From: Planctomycetia bacterium | Lineage (GTDB): Bacteria > Planctomycetota > Planctomycetia > Pirellulales > UBA1268 | Direction: 5' to 3' | Assembly (NCBI GenBank): GCA_021414115.1 | Contig: JAIOPD010000070.1 | Coordinates: forward strand, 40,879-104,878 | DNA: 64,000 nt | In this document: piece by piece, positions 1-13,000 of the stretch | How the letters are laid out: every line of letters begins with the position of its first letter | How positions within the stretch are numbered: position 1 is the first letter of the stretch | The notes under the pieces: model-generated | Database searches by the model: none | Seen by the model: the letters and a program-made list of their open reading frames with translations, nothing else | Told to the model about the DNA's origin: nothing | Program-made: the position numbers and the translations under genes

Positions 1-316
1 CTCCCTGCACGTTCACGATCACGTCTGCTTCGGGCAGCCGATCGAGAGCTTCGACGATCCGCGCCGTGCCGCTCACGGCCTCGGGCGACGTCATCACCGC
101 GTGACCCCCAAACCGCCGCACCGTCGCCGCGATCTCGTCGCTGTCGGTCACTACCACGACCTCCCGCGCGGCCCGGGCGGCCCGCGCGGCCAGCCAGGTG
201 TGTTCGATGAGCGGGCGGCCCGTTTCGGCGAGCAGCATCTTGCGGGGCAGACGCGTGCTGGAAAGCCGGGCGGGAATCACGATCACGGCCGACGACGGGC
301 GGGAGTGGGTGTGCAT
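1..316 (-). CDS. kdsB: 3-deoxy-manno-octulosonate cytidylyltransferase (CMP-Kdo synthetase), N-terminal part; the gene runs off the left edge
   Basis: Not in the ORF track because there is no stop inside the window. The reverse complement from the ATG at 316 reads MHTHSRPSSAVIVIPARLSSTRLPRKMLLAETGRPLIEHTWLAARAARAAREVVVVTDSDEIAATVRRFGGHAVMTSPEAVSGTARIVEALDRLPEADVIVNVQG. This carries the KdsB N-terminal signature (IPAR..S.RLP.K, SGT.R, VNVQG). Confidence 0.8.
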   Translation of the reverse strand, partial: MHTHSRPSSAVIVIPARLSSTRLPRKMLLAETGRPLIEHTWLAARAARAAREVVVVTDSDEIAATVRRFGGHAVMTSPEAVSGTARIVEALDRLPEADVIVNVQG

Positions 317-435
317 GGCGGGGCAATCTCGATGGCGGTGAAAAGCGGCGGCCGCTACGATTTGGAGAGCGTCCGACGGCAGACGGCACCAGCGCCATAG
401 CCGCACGTCGGACCCGAAGCCCCAGGATTTTCCAG

Positions 436-2319
<1,884 letters not shown>

Positions 2320-2386
2320 GCCGCGAGGTCCCGTCGCTTCCGCTCCGGGCTTTCTGGCGGATGCCGCGGTCGACGCCGGACTTCCG

Positions 2387-2492
2387 GGAAGCCCGGAGCG
2401 CAAGCGACGGGTAGACGGGCGGACACCGTGGGTGTGATGCGGAGCGGGTTGGGGTGGCGAGCGTATACCCCGCGCTCGCGCTTGGGGCTTCC
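2387..2492 (+). repeat. Family-1 rod-hairpin intergenic repeat, copy A
   Basis: 106 nt, GGAAGCCCGGAGCGCAAGCGACGGGTAGAC...GTATACCCCGCGCTCGCGCTTGGGGCTTCC. The termini are inverted repeats. It lies in the convergent gap between glmS (stop 2319) and the transglutaminase gene (stop 2532). Confidence 0.85.
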
Positions 2493-2531
2493 TGACGGAC
2501 GCGTGCCGCGGAGCGGCGAGCCCGCGGCGAC

Positions 2532-5500
2532 TCACGCCTTGCGGACGACGCGACGGAGATCGAGCGTGCACGAATAATCGGGGTTCGGCTCCTCGATCGG
2601 CAGTGCACATGGTCCGGGCGTGTGGCCCGTCGCGAAGAACCGGCTCACCCGACGGCTCTCCGCCTCCAACACGTTGACCGGCCGCGTCTCGAAGGACCGC
2701 CCGCCGGGATGCACGACGTGCCACGTGCAGCCGCCGAGGCTCCGGCCGTTCCACATGTCGACGACGTCGAATACCAGCGGCGAGTGGACCGGGATCGTGG
2801 GATGCAGGCAGTTGGCCGGCTGCCAGGCGCGGAAGCGCACGCCCGCCACGAACTCGCCGGGTCTGCCGGTGGCGACGAGCGGCACCCGACGGCCGTTGCA
2901 CGCGACCGCATGGCGGCCAGGCACGAGGCCGGCGGCGAGCACCTGCACCCGCTCCAGCGAACTGTCGACCGCCCGCGACATCGCGCCCGCGATCGGCTGC
3001 TCGCCGAGCACGTGCCACGGTTCGAGACCGGAGCGAAGCTCCAGCCGCACGCCGTCGTGCGTAACGGCGCCGAGCCGCGGAAAGCGAAACTCGGCAAAGC
3101 ACTCGAACCACTCGCGATCGAACGCGAAGCCCGCCCGCCGCAGGTCGCCGAGCACGTCGCCAAAATCGGTCATGAGGAAGTGCGGCAGCAGAAACCGGTC
3201 GTGGAGCGCCGTGCCCCAGCGGACAAGCCCGGCCCGCGCCGAGGCCTCCCGCGGCTCGCGCCAGAGCCAGGCGATCAGGGCCCGAACCACGAGCTGCGAC
3301 AAAAGCCCCATCCGCACGTGCGGGGCCATCTCGAAGCCGCGAAGCTCCACCAGCCCGCGGCGCCCTCCCGCCGTGTCGGGCGAATAGAGCTTGTCGATGC
3401 AAAACTCGGCGCGGTGCGTGTTGCCGGTGAGGTCGGTGAGCAGGTTGCGAAACACGCGATCGACGAACCAGGGAGGGGCGTCGGGGCCGGCGGCGGCGAG
3501 TTCCTGCAGCGCGATCTCCAGTTCGTAGAGACTCTCGTGCCGGGCCTCGTCGATGCGCGGCGCCTGGCTCGTCGGACCGATGAACCGGCCCGCGAAGAGA
3601 TACGACAGCGACGGGTGGTTGTTGAAGTAGGCGACGAGACTCCCCAGGAGATGCGGCCGGCGAAGAAAAGGGCTGTCGGTGGGCGAGACCCCGCCGAGCA
3701 CCAGATGATCGCCGCCGCCGGTGCCCGTGTGCAGCCCGTCAATCTCGAACTTCTCGGCGCACAGCCGGCTCGCGCGGGCCTCCTCGTCGAGCGTCTCGCG
3801 GAGGCGAACGAGCTCGCGCCAGGTCGCCACCGGCGGCACGTTGACCTCGATTACGCCCGGGTCGGGCGTGACGTGCAGCCGCCGCAGCCGCGGATCATGC
3901 GGCGGCGGATAGCCCTCGAGCACCACCGGCGTGGAAAACTCCACCGCCACGCGTTCCACCGCGGCGACGAGCTCCAGCCAGTCGTCGCCGGCCGTCCCCG
4001 CCGCGAGGGGATCGCGGTCTTCCTCGGCCGTGAGATCGACCGGGGGCAAGAAGACGTGCAGCCGGCCGCCGCGAACTTCCGTGACCGTGGCCGTGCGCAC
4101 GATCGACGTGCCGTCGCGAAGCCCCGCCTCGTCGGGCCAGGGCAGGGCCGCCATCGGCAGCCGCAGGCCCGCCGGCGAATCCCCCGGTACGAGCGGCACG
4201 CCATCAGCAGGCATCGGCCACTCGCTCGATCTCCAGCGGACCTCGCCCGGGCGACGAAACCGGAGCAGCGGCAGCACGAAGGCCGTCGGATGTCGTGGCT
4301 CAACGACGGGCTCAGCGAGCGGATCGTGCACCGGCACCTCGCGGGCAGCCATCACGAACGCCGGATCGAGGCCGAGCACCGCGGCGAGTCGTCGCAGAAA
4401 ATCGCCGGCGACCGAGACCGGCACGCCCGCCGCATCGCCCGCGGCGACATCGTCGGGAGCGATCAGATCGCGACGACTCCAGATCTCCCGGCCGTCGTCC
4501 CGCCACGCCAGCTCGAGGGCCCACCGCGGCAACGGCTCCCCCGGATACCACTTGCCCTGTGACTCCAGCAAGACACCACCCGGAGCGACCCGGTCGAGCA
4601 GTCGCCGCGCGAGGGCTCCCGCACGAGACCGCTTGTCGGCGCCCAGGGCCGAGATATTCCACTCCGGGCTGTCGAAATCATCGATCGAGACGTAGGTCGG
4701 CTCGCCGCCGCAGGTCAGCCGCACGTCGCCGATCACGAGTGCCGCATCGACCTCGTCACCCACGCTGAGGATCCGCTGCCACTGATCGTCGCCGAAGGGC
4801 CGCGTCGTCCGCGGCGACTCCTCGATCCGCTCGACCCGCATCTCGAAGTGAAAGTCGCTCGCACACGGATCGACCACGCCGCTCACCGGCGCCGCACTCG
4901 CCGGATCGGGCGTGGACGCCAACGGCAGGTGCCCCTCGGCGGCCAAAAGACCGCTCGTGGGATCGAAGCCCACCCAGCCCGCACCCGGCAGAAACACCTC
5001 GGTCCACGCATGCAAGTCGGTGAAGTCGGATTTCGGCCCCGGCGGCCCGTCGAGCGGCTGCACGTCGGGGGCCAGCTGCACGAGGTAGCCCGAACAGAAC
5101 CGGGCCGCGAGCCCGAGCCGTCGCATCACCGTCACCAGCAGCCACGCCGAGTCGCGACAGCTGCCGCTCGACAGGGCGAGGGTCTGTTCGGCGTCCTGCA
5201 CGCCGGCCTCCATACGGATCACATACCCCACCCGCTCCCGCACCGCGCGATTGAGCGCCACGAGCACGTCGATCGTCCGCGGCTGCCCGGCCTGACGGTC
5301 GCGGCCGGCCGCCAGGCCTTCGTCGCGAAGGAAGGCGGCCAGAAACTCGGCGACGAGCGGGCCGCACGACGGCAGCGCGAGATAGGGGGCCAGTTCGGCC
5401 GCGAGCACGGGATCGTAGGCGAACGGAAACCGCTCCACCTGCGGCTCGAGGAAGAAATCGAAGGCGTTGATCGCGACCAGTTCGGCGACGAGGTCGACTT

Positions 5501-5732
5501 CGAGCACGAGTTCCCGAGTTGGCTCCGGAAACACGACCCGGGCGACGTGGTTGCCCTGCGGATCTTGCTGCCAGTTGAGGAAGTGCTCCGCTGGCCTCAC
5601 CGTGAGCGAATAGCTCGTCACCCGCGTGCGGCAGTGGGGGGCGGGACGCAGCCGGATCGAGTGCGGTCCGAGGCCGACCTGACGGTCGAAACGGTAGACC
5701 GTGCGGTGATGCAGCGCGATGCGGGTCGACAT
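2532..5732 (-). CDS. transglutaminase-family protein, large DUF2126-type (Bact_transglu_N + transglutaminase core + long C-terminal region)
   Basis: The true start is the ATG at 5732 (MSTRIALHHRTVYRFDRQVGLGPHSIRLRPAPHCRT...), residue 135 of the 1200-aa track ORF. The N-terminus is typical of bacterial transglutaminase-N. It contains the motif CRDSAWLLVTVMRRLGLAARFCSGY with the catalytic Cys. It is the last gene of the ATP-grasp/alpha-E operon. Confidence 0.85.
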   Translation of the reverse strand: MSTRIALHHRTVYRFDRQVGLGPHSIRLRPAPHCRTRVTSYSLTVRPAEHFLNWQQDPQGNHVARVVFPEPTRELVLEVDLVAELVAINAFDFFLEPQVERFPFAYDPVLAAELAPYLALPSCGPLVAEFLAAFLRDEGLAAGRDRQAGQPRTIDVLVALNRAVRERVGYVIRMEAGVQDAEQTLALSSGSCRDSAWLLVTVMRRLGLAARFCSGYLVQLAPDVQPLDGPPGPKSDFTDLHAWTEVFLPGAGWVGFDPTSGLLAAEGHLPLASTPDPASAAPVSGVVDPCASDFHFEMRVERIEESPRTTRPFGDDQWQRILSVGDEVDAALVIGDVRLTCGGEPTYVSIDDFDSPEWNISALGADKRSRAGALARRLLDRVAPGGVLLESQGKWYPGEPLPRWALELAWRDDGREIWSRRDLIAPDDVAAGDAAGVPVSVAGDFLRRLAAVLGLDPAFVMAAREVPVHDPLAEPVVEPRHPTAFVLPLLRFRRPGEVRWRSSEWPMPADGVPLVPGDSPAGLRLPMAALPWPDEAGLRDGTSIVRTATVTEVRGGRLHVFLPPVDLTAEEDRDPLAAGTAGDDWLELVAAVERVAVEFSTPVVLEGYPPPHDPRLRRLHVTPDPGVIEVNVPPVATWRELVRLRETLDEEARASRLCAEKFEIDGLHTGTGGGDHLVLGGVSPTDSPFLRRPHLLGSLVAYFNNHPSLSYLFAGRFIGPTSQAPRIDEARHESLYELEIALQELAAAGPDAPPWFVDRVFRNLLTDLTGNTHRAEFCIDKLYSPDTAGGRRGLVELRGFEMAPHVRMGLLSQLVVRALIAWLWREPREASARAGLVRWGTALHDRFLLPHFLMTDFGDVLGDLRRAGFAFDREWFECFAEFRFPRLGAVTHDGVRLELRSGLEPWHVLGEQPIAGAMSRAVDSSLERVQVLAAGLVPGRHAVACNGRRVPLVATGRPGEFVAGVRFRAWQPANCLHPTIPVHSPLVFDVVDMWNGRSLGGCTWHVVHPGGRSFETRPVNVLEAESRRVSRFFATGHTPGPCALPIEEPNPDYSCTLDLRRVVRKA

Positions 5733-5758
5733 GGCTGGCACCACCTTGGAGACACGGG

Positions 5759-6778
5759 TCAGGAACTTTTTTCGCGAGCAGGCAGGCCGAAGAAGGTCTC
5801 GGAAATCGCGTCGCTGGCCTGGTTGAGCTGCGCCTGGAAGCCGTCGATGAAGCCGTGCAGACCCCCGTCGCCGCCGAGAATCTCGTCGATCGCTCCATAG
5901 TCGAGATGGCTCCGCAGCCGGCCGAGCCGCTGCTCCGCCGAATTGCTGTAAGCCCCCTTGGCTCCGCCCGTGACGGCCAAGAGCGACTCCTCCGCCTTGA
6001 TGAGGCAGAAGTGCATCGCCCGCGGGAAGGGCCGGGCGAAGACGAGAAACTCGGCGACATTCCGCCGCGATACCGCGCCATACTCCTTGCGATACATCTC
6101 GAGCGCGCTGGCACTCTCGAGCACCGCCGACCACTGCACGGCGTCTCCGCCGGCGTCGACGTCGGCCGCCGCCTCACCGCCGGAGGCCGGAGCACCGGCA
6201 GCCGAGGCCGCGAACCGCAAGGCCGCCGGCCGGAAATAGTGCTCCACGTCGAGCACCCGGCTCGTTTTGTCGGCCCGCTCGATGAGCCGGCCCATCCGCG
6301 CGAAATGCCAGGCCTCGCCGTGCGACATCGTCGCATCGGCCACCCCCGTAAACAGCTGGCTGGCCCGCTTCACCTCGTCGAGAAACTCCCGCGGCCCTTG
6401 GATGCCCGCCGTGCCCGCGGCTGCGGCGCGGACGTAGAGATGGGCCTTGTTGATTTCCTCCCACATCGGCGTGCTGATCATGTCGCGGACGGTGCGGGCA
6501 TTTTCGCGGGCGGCCTGCAGGCAGCTAGCCATCGAGTTGGGATTCGCCTGATCGAAGGCCAGGAAGGTGAACACGTTGGCCTGGTCGGCGAGGCCGTGCC
6601 GCGCCCAGAAGTCGGCCTCGTCGCCGAACGTGCAAACCAGCGCGTTCCAGAGACGCCCCGGGCTGATCGTGCCCTCGAGCGCGAGGTCGAGGGTGGTCTC
6701 CACCGCACGGGCCACGTTTTCGGCCCGCTCGATCTGGCGATTCATCCAGTAGACGCACGCGGCGACACGGGAGAGCAT
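5759..6778 (-). CDS. alpha-E domain-containing protein (DUF403 family)
   Basis: Starts at the ATG at 6778 (MLSRVAACVYWMNRQIERAENVARAVETTLDL), the characteristic alpha-E N-terminus. The start lies 1 nt after the stop of the upstream ATP-grasp gene. Confidence 0.85.
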   Translation of the reverse strand: MLSRVAACVYWMNRQIERAENVARAVETTLDLALEGTISPGRLWNALVCTFGDEADFWARHGLADQANVFTFLAFDQANPNSMASCLQAARENARTVRDMISTPMWEEINKAHLYVRAAAAGTAGIQGPREFLDEVKRASQLFTGVADATMSHGEAWHFARMGRLIERADKTSRVLDVEHYFRPAALRFAASAAGAPASGGEAAADVDAGGDAVQWSAVLESASALEMYRKEYGAVSRRNVAEFLVFARPFPRAMHFCLIKAEESLLAVTGGAKGAYSNSAEQRLGRLRSHLDYGAIDEILGGDGGLHGFIDGFQAQLNQASDAISETFFGLPAREKSS

Positions 6779-6779
6779 G

Positions 6780-8222
<1,443 letters not shown>

Positions 8223-8372
8223 GGCGGCCGTCGAGGGCAGGGGGAGCGGGGGGCCCGTGGCGGTCGGCCGCCTCGCTCGAACTCCACGGTGCGATCGAGA
8301 ACATACCCGACCGCGGCGGCCGCTCCAAACGTCCCGCGCCGCCGAGCCTCCTGTGGCCGGTCTGGCGGGCGG

Positions 8373-9863
8373 TTACGCGGGTCGCGAAGTGATCGCGGCG
8401 AGCGCCGCATCGAGGTCGCGGGACTGGATCGGCATGGGCACGATCCGACGACGCCCGTCCACTTTCGCCTCGTCGGCGATGCCGGCCTGTTTCGCACCCA
8501 CGAGGAGGATCGCGGGCACATCGGCGAGATAGGGATCTGACGAAAGCTGGTTGAACGCCTCGACGGCGGCCTGGCCGAGCGAACGGGTGCTGAGCACGAG
8601 GAAATCGGCGGGAAAGGGCGGGCTCGAGAACCGCGCCAAGGCCCGCTGCGGATTTTCGGTGAGCAGGACCCGGTAGCCGAGCTTGGAGAAATATCCCCGC
8701 AGCGTCTGCTGCGCGGTCGCGCCCGACTCCACGAGCATCAGGCTCCCCTTTCCGCTCGCCGCCCGACTTTCCTTGGCCGGATTGGCCGCCGCATGGTCGG
8801 CCGGCGCCGCGCCCGCCACGGAAGCCGGCGCCGCCCCGTCGCCAGCGGCGCGACGCGCGATCGCGGCCTCGAGAGCCCGCTTCACGTCGGTGGCCGTCTG
8901 CCACCGTTCGATCGGATCGAGGTGCATCATCCGCGACACGATGTCGACCACGTCCCGCGGCAGGTCGGGCGACCGCGTCCCCAGCGGCACCGCCTGCGTG
9001 TACCGCCGCGGATCGCTCCGCACGTTGCGGTCGCGCGACTCGGTGAGCGGCGACTCGCCGGCGAGCGCGAGGTAGGCGACCGTGCCGAGGAAGTAGATGT
9101 CGCTGCGGACCGCATCATCGCGGACGCCCGTTGTCTTCTCGAGCGCCGCATAGTCGACCGTCCGTGGATTGGTGAGGCGGCCGAGCGCCTTGTCGCCCGT
9201 CTCGTCGACTCCCGCCAGGCCGAAGTCGACGAGCTTGGCCTGCCCCGTCGCCGACACGATGACGTTCGACGCCTTGAGATCGCGATGCGTGATCCCACGG
9301 CGGTGGGCGTACTCCAGGCCGCTCACCATCTGGTGGATCAGGTCGAGAGCCCGTGGCACGTCCACCGCCCCGCGAATCTTCACCAGCTCGCGGAGCGTCT
9401 GCCCCTCGACGAACTCCATCGTCAGATAGCTCACGCCATTTTCCTGGCCCACGTCCTCGATGGCGACGATGTTGGGATGACGCAGCACCCGGCCCATCTC
9501 CCCCTCGTGCCGGAAGCCACGGCATTTGTCGGGATCGTTGGCAAACCGGCTGCGGAGCACCTTGACCGCGAGGACCGATCGGTTGTCACGATGGATCGCG
9601 CGATACACCCGCGCGAACGAGCCGGCACCGACCTGGTAAAGCACCTTCGCCAGACCGAAGAAGTAGCCCGCCTGTTCGCCCCGCAGGAGCCGCTCGAGTT
9701 GAAAGCCGGTGAGCAGCTCACGCCGCACCAGTGCCTGACCGAACTCCTCCGCCGAGAGACCGTGCCCCCCCACCTCGGCGAACACTTCATGGAGGGCCGC
9801 GGCGGACACGAGGTCGAGCGTGCCCGCGAGATGCAGCAGGCTGTCTGCCGTTGACGGCTTCAT
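8373..9863 (-). CDS. Ser/Thr protein kinase with a C-terminal degenerate receiver-like domain
   Basis: Kinase motifs are present: VAVKVL, HRDLKASN and DFGLAG. The C-terminal ~125 aa (SLMLVESGATAQQTLRGYFSKLGYRVLLTENPQRALARF...ADFLVLSTRSLG...VPAILLVGA) has CheY-like periodicity but lacks the acidic pocket and the phospho-Asp. Confidence 0.85.
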   Translation of the reverse strand: MKPSTADSLLHLAGTLDLVSAAALHEVFAEVGGHGLSAEEFGQALVRRELLTGFQLERLLRGEQAGYFFGLAKVLYQVGAGSFARVYRAIHRDNRSVLAVKVLRSRFANDPDKCRGFRHEGEMGRVLRHPNIVAIEDVGQENGVSYLTMEFVEGQTLRELVKIRGAVDVPRALDLIHQMVSGLEYAHRRGITHRDLKASNVIVSATGQAKLVDFGLAGVDETGDKALGRLTNPRTVDYAALEKTTGVRDDAVRSDIYFLGTVAYLALAGESPLTESRDRNVRSDPRRYTQAVPLGTRSPDLPRDVVDIVSRMMHLDPIERWQTATDVKRALEAAIARRAAGDGAAPASVAGAAPADHAAANPAKESRAASGKGSLMLVESGATAQQTLRGYFSKLGYRVLLTENPQRALARFSSPPFPADFLVLSTRSLGQAAVEAFNQLSSDPYLADVPAILLVGAKQAGIADEAKVDGRRRIVPMPIQSRDLDAALAAITSRPA

Positions 9864-9972
9864 GATCGGGCGACCGGGGCGACGATTGTGAGCGTTTGGT
9901 GAGCCACCCCTATCAGACTATGGATTCCCCGGTTTTGCGACGGGCGCCTCCCATTTTCCCCAACTCCTCCCA

Positions 9973-9984
9973 CCCCCCCCCCCC
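9973..9984. repeat. homopolymeric C12/G12 tract in a divergent promoter region
   Basis: 12 consecutive C read directly, lying between the kinase start (9863, minus) and the 1019-aa gene start (10075, plus). Confidence 0.9.
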
Positions 9985-10074
9985 GCAGTTCGCGGCGTTG
10001 GGCTTTCTCGGCCGGGTCGGCCACGTGTAAAAGCCGAGATCGAGGTTCCTTTCCCGATTTCCACGCCTAACCCA

Positions 10075-13000
10075 GTGCCCATGCTCCCTCGGACCTCATC
10101 CCTGCCGCGGTCGCGATCGCTTGCCGGGCGGAGGGTCTTCGCCGGCAGGCTGGCCGCCGCCATCGCCGGCCTGATGATCTCGTGGGCGGCTGGGCCCGCG
10201 CCGGGAGGCGAACTGGTAGACGACTTCGAGGGGGCGGCGGCGACCTGGAACATCACGCCGCGTTCCGGCCGCGTGGCCGTGCATGAGCGGTCGCGTCAGT
10301 TGTCCCACCGGGGCGCCGGCTCCGAGCGGATCGTGGTCGAGTCGCCGGGCACCACACCACTCCGCTTCGAGACACCTCTCGGACCCGCGGCCGTGATCGA
10401 CGAGCTCCGGGCCACGCTCTGGGTGCGAGCAAGCAGGACCGACGTCAGACTCTCCGTGCGGGTGAGGTTCACGAACTGGATCTCCGCGAAGACCCGCCAG
10501 CCGGTCGAGGTGCTGGTGCCGGGAACCGCCTCGCGCGACATCGACCGCTGGGAGATGCTCGAGGTCGCGGCCATCCCGCAGGGCGTCGCCCGGCAACTTG
10601 CGGCGCTGCGGCTGGAGCACGGCCCCGGCTCCGACGACGCGGCCACGGCGACGCACCTCGTGGTGGAAGGTCCACCGACCGCGGGCCTGATCGAGGTCGC
10701 GATCGACGACCTGCACGTGATGGGCCTGCTCGCGGCCCATGGACACGCCACGGCGACGCAGGCAGCCATCCGCGATCCGGCGGTACAGCCCGCGGCCGCC
10801 GAGAGCGTCGTCGACCCACCGGCAGGCTTGGCCCGCGGCGTGATCGAGATCGACGGCCTGCCGTTTTTCCCACGATCGATCGACTGGAATGGCGAGCCTC
10901 TCGGGGCGCTCGCCGCGCTGGGTTTCAACTGCGTGCGGTTTCTGGAGCCGGCCACCGGCGAACAGCTCGCCGACGCACGGCGGGCGGGCCTGTGGGTGGT
11001 CTGTCCGCCGCCGCCGATTCCCGATGTCGATCTCCGCGAGCCCGAGTCGCTGCCGGTGCTTCGCAACTGGGACCGCGTGTTGATGTGGGACCTGGGGAGC
11101 GGGCTTTCCGACACCGACGTGGACGAGCTCGCCGAGCGAGGCCGGCGGGTGCGGGCTTGCGACCCCCGGGCCGGCCGGCCGCTGATCGCCTCGGCTGACT
11201 CGGGGCTGCGGAGCGTCTCCCGACACATCGACCTCCTCGTGGCCCGCAAGACCGTCCTCGGCACGAGCCTGGAACTTGTCGACTACCTCAAATGGCTGCG
11301 GGAACGGCCGCGGCTCGCCCGGCCCGGCACGCCGCTGCTGGCCACCATCTCCACGGAGATCGATCCCCGCGCCGCCAGGCAGGCGGCGGCCCTCGCGGGC
11401 GTCGGCGGACGCGGGCTGGCCGTGGACGGCGAGAGCCTGGCACTCGCGGCATTTTCCGCCGTGGCGGCGGGCACACGCGGCATCCTCTTCACGTCGACGC
11501 AGCGGCTCGACGGCGACGACCGTGAGGCCCGCGCCCGCGCGACGGCGGCGCGGGAGATGAACCTGCGGCTGCAGGTGCTCGAGCCGTGGGGAGCTGCAGG
11601 CCGGTTCGCCGCCCAGGCGCAGACCAGCAGCGGCGAGGTGCAGGCCTTCGTGATGGAGGCGGCGCGGGCCAGGATGGTGGTGGCATGGCGGTGCGTGCAG
11701 GGCTCTCAGATCGTGGCCCGCCGCTACGCAGGCAGCGATCTTCCGCCCAATGAGTCGCCGCTGACGATCCTCGTGCCGGGTGTGCCGGAAGCCCATCAGG
11801 CCTGGGAGGTGGCGCCGGGCGGTCTCAAGCCGCTGCGACAGCAGCGCGTGACTGGCGGCGTGTCGGTGACGCTCGACGACTTCATGACGCACGCGATCAT
11901 CCTCTTCAGCGGCGACCCCGCCGTCACCGGCCATGTGCAGGATCGCGTGCGGAGCATGGCCGCAGTCGAACTCTCGTCGGCCCGGGCGGTGGCTTCCACG
12001 GCATTGGCCAGCGCCGGCGACCTGCTCGGGCGGCTCCCGCCGCAGGCGCTCAACGGACCGCCGCCGGTGAGCGCGGTGCCGATGCTTTCGGAAGCGGGCC
12101 GGCTCGCCGCCGAGGCCGAGGCGGTCGCCGCCTCCGATCCGAGCACCGCCGTGGAGCATCTCCGCCGTGCCGCGGCCATCGCCGGACAGTTCGAGCGGCG
12201 GGTCTGGGAGAACGGCGTGAAGGCGGAGGGATCGATGGTCGCAAGCCCGCTCACCGCGTCCGACACGGCGCTCGCTGAAGAGTGGCAGTTTGTGGCCGCC
12301 CGCGGCACGACCGTAGCCGGACCCGAACTGCTCCAGGGGGGCCGCATGGAACGGATCGAGGATCTTGCGGGGGGCGGCTGGCGGCATTTTGCGCGGGCGC
12401 AGCCCGACATCCGCACGGCCGTGGAGGTGTCGCAGTCGAAGCCTGCCTCCGGTCGGGGATGCCTGCGGCTGATCGCCAAGCCGACGAGCCGCGAGGAGAC
12501 GCCCGTCGTCGTCGAAACGCCGCCGCTCTGGATCACCACGCCGCCGATCATGGCGGCCCCCGGCAAACTCCTCGAGATCACGGCGCAGGTGCTCGTACCC
12601 GAGCCGCTCGCAGGAAGCGTCGACGGCCTGTTCGTGTTCGACTCGCTCGGTGGGCCAGCACTCGGTGAACGGGTCGGCACGGGCAAGGCATGGCGGCGGC
12701 TCGTGCTGCATCGGATCGTGCCGCCCGAGTCGGTGGGCGAACCGGTCGTCGTCACCTTCGCGCTGACGGGCATGGGCGAGGCGCGGATCGACGACGTCTC
12801 GATCCGCATTCTCGAGCGCGGTGGGCCGACGGGCCTGCCGGCGACGCTCGTCTCGGCTCCCGCAGCCCCCGGCGATCCGTCCCGCGGCTTTCCGAGCCCA
12901 AGCGACCTGCTCGCATCGCCGCCGCTGGGCCCGGCGCCAACGGTGCCCCTGCCGGCCGCGGCGACTCCTCCACCGGCGGCGACCGCCGCTCCCGCATGGC

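Noticed and set aside
101-400. 99-aa plus-strand ORF at the left edge
   Set aside because: It overlaps, antisense, the kdsB N-terminus, which has clear CMP-Kdo synthetase motifs.
317-435. Possible glmS ribozyme or riboswitch in the kdsB-glmS divergent spacer
   Set aside because: The spacer is only 119 nt. I cannot find the conserved glmS ribozyme core, and only a 6-bp CCGACG/CGTCGG stem is present. The ribozyme is also not expected in this lineage.
5733-6134. N-terminal extensions of track ORFs (here 134 extra codons on the transglutaminase gene; likewise on ilvB to 27287, cmk to 15029, DUF1501 to 53029, FadB-like to 62002 and others)
   Set aside because: The extensions are Arg/Pro/Gly-rich and overlap neighbouring genes. 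The family-typical N-termini begin at internal ATGs that also give compact operon spacing.
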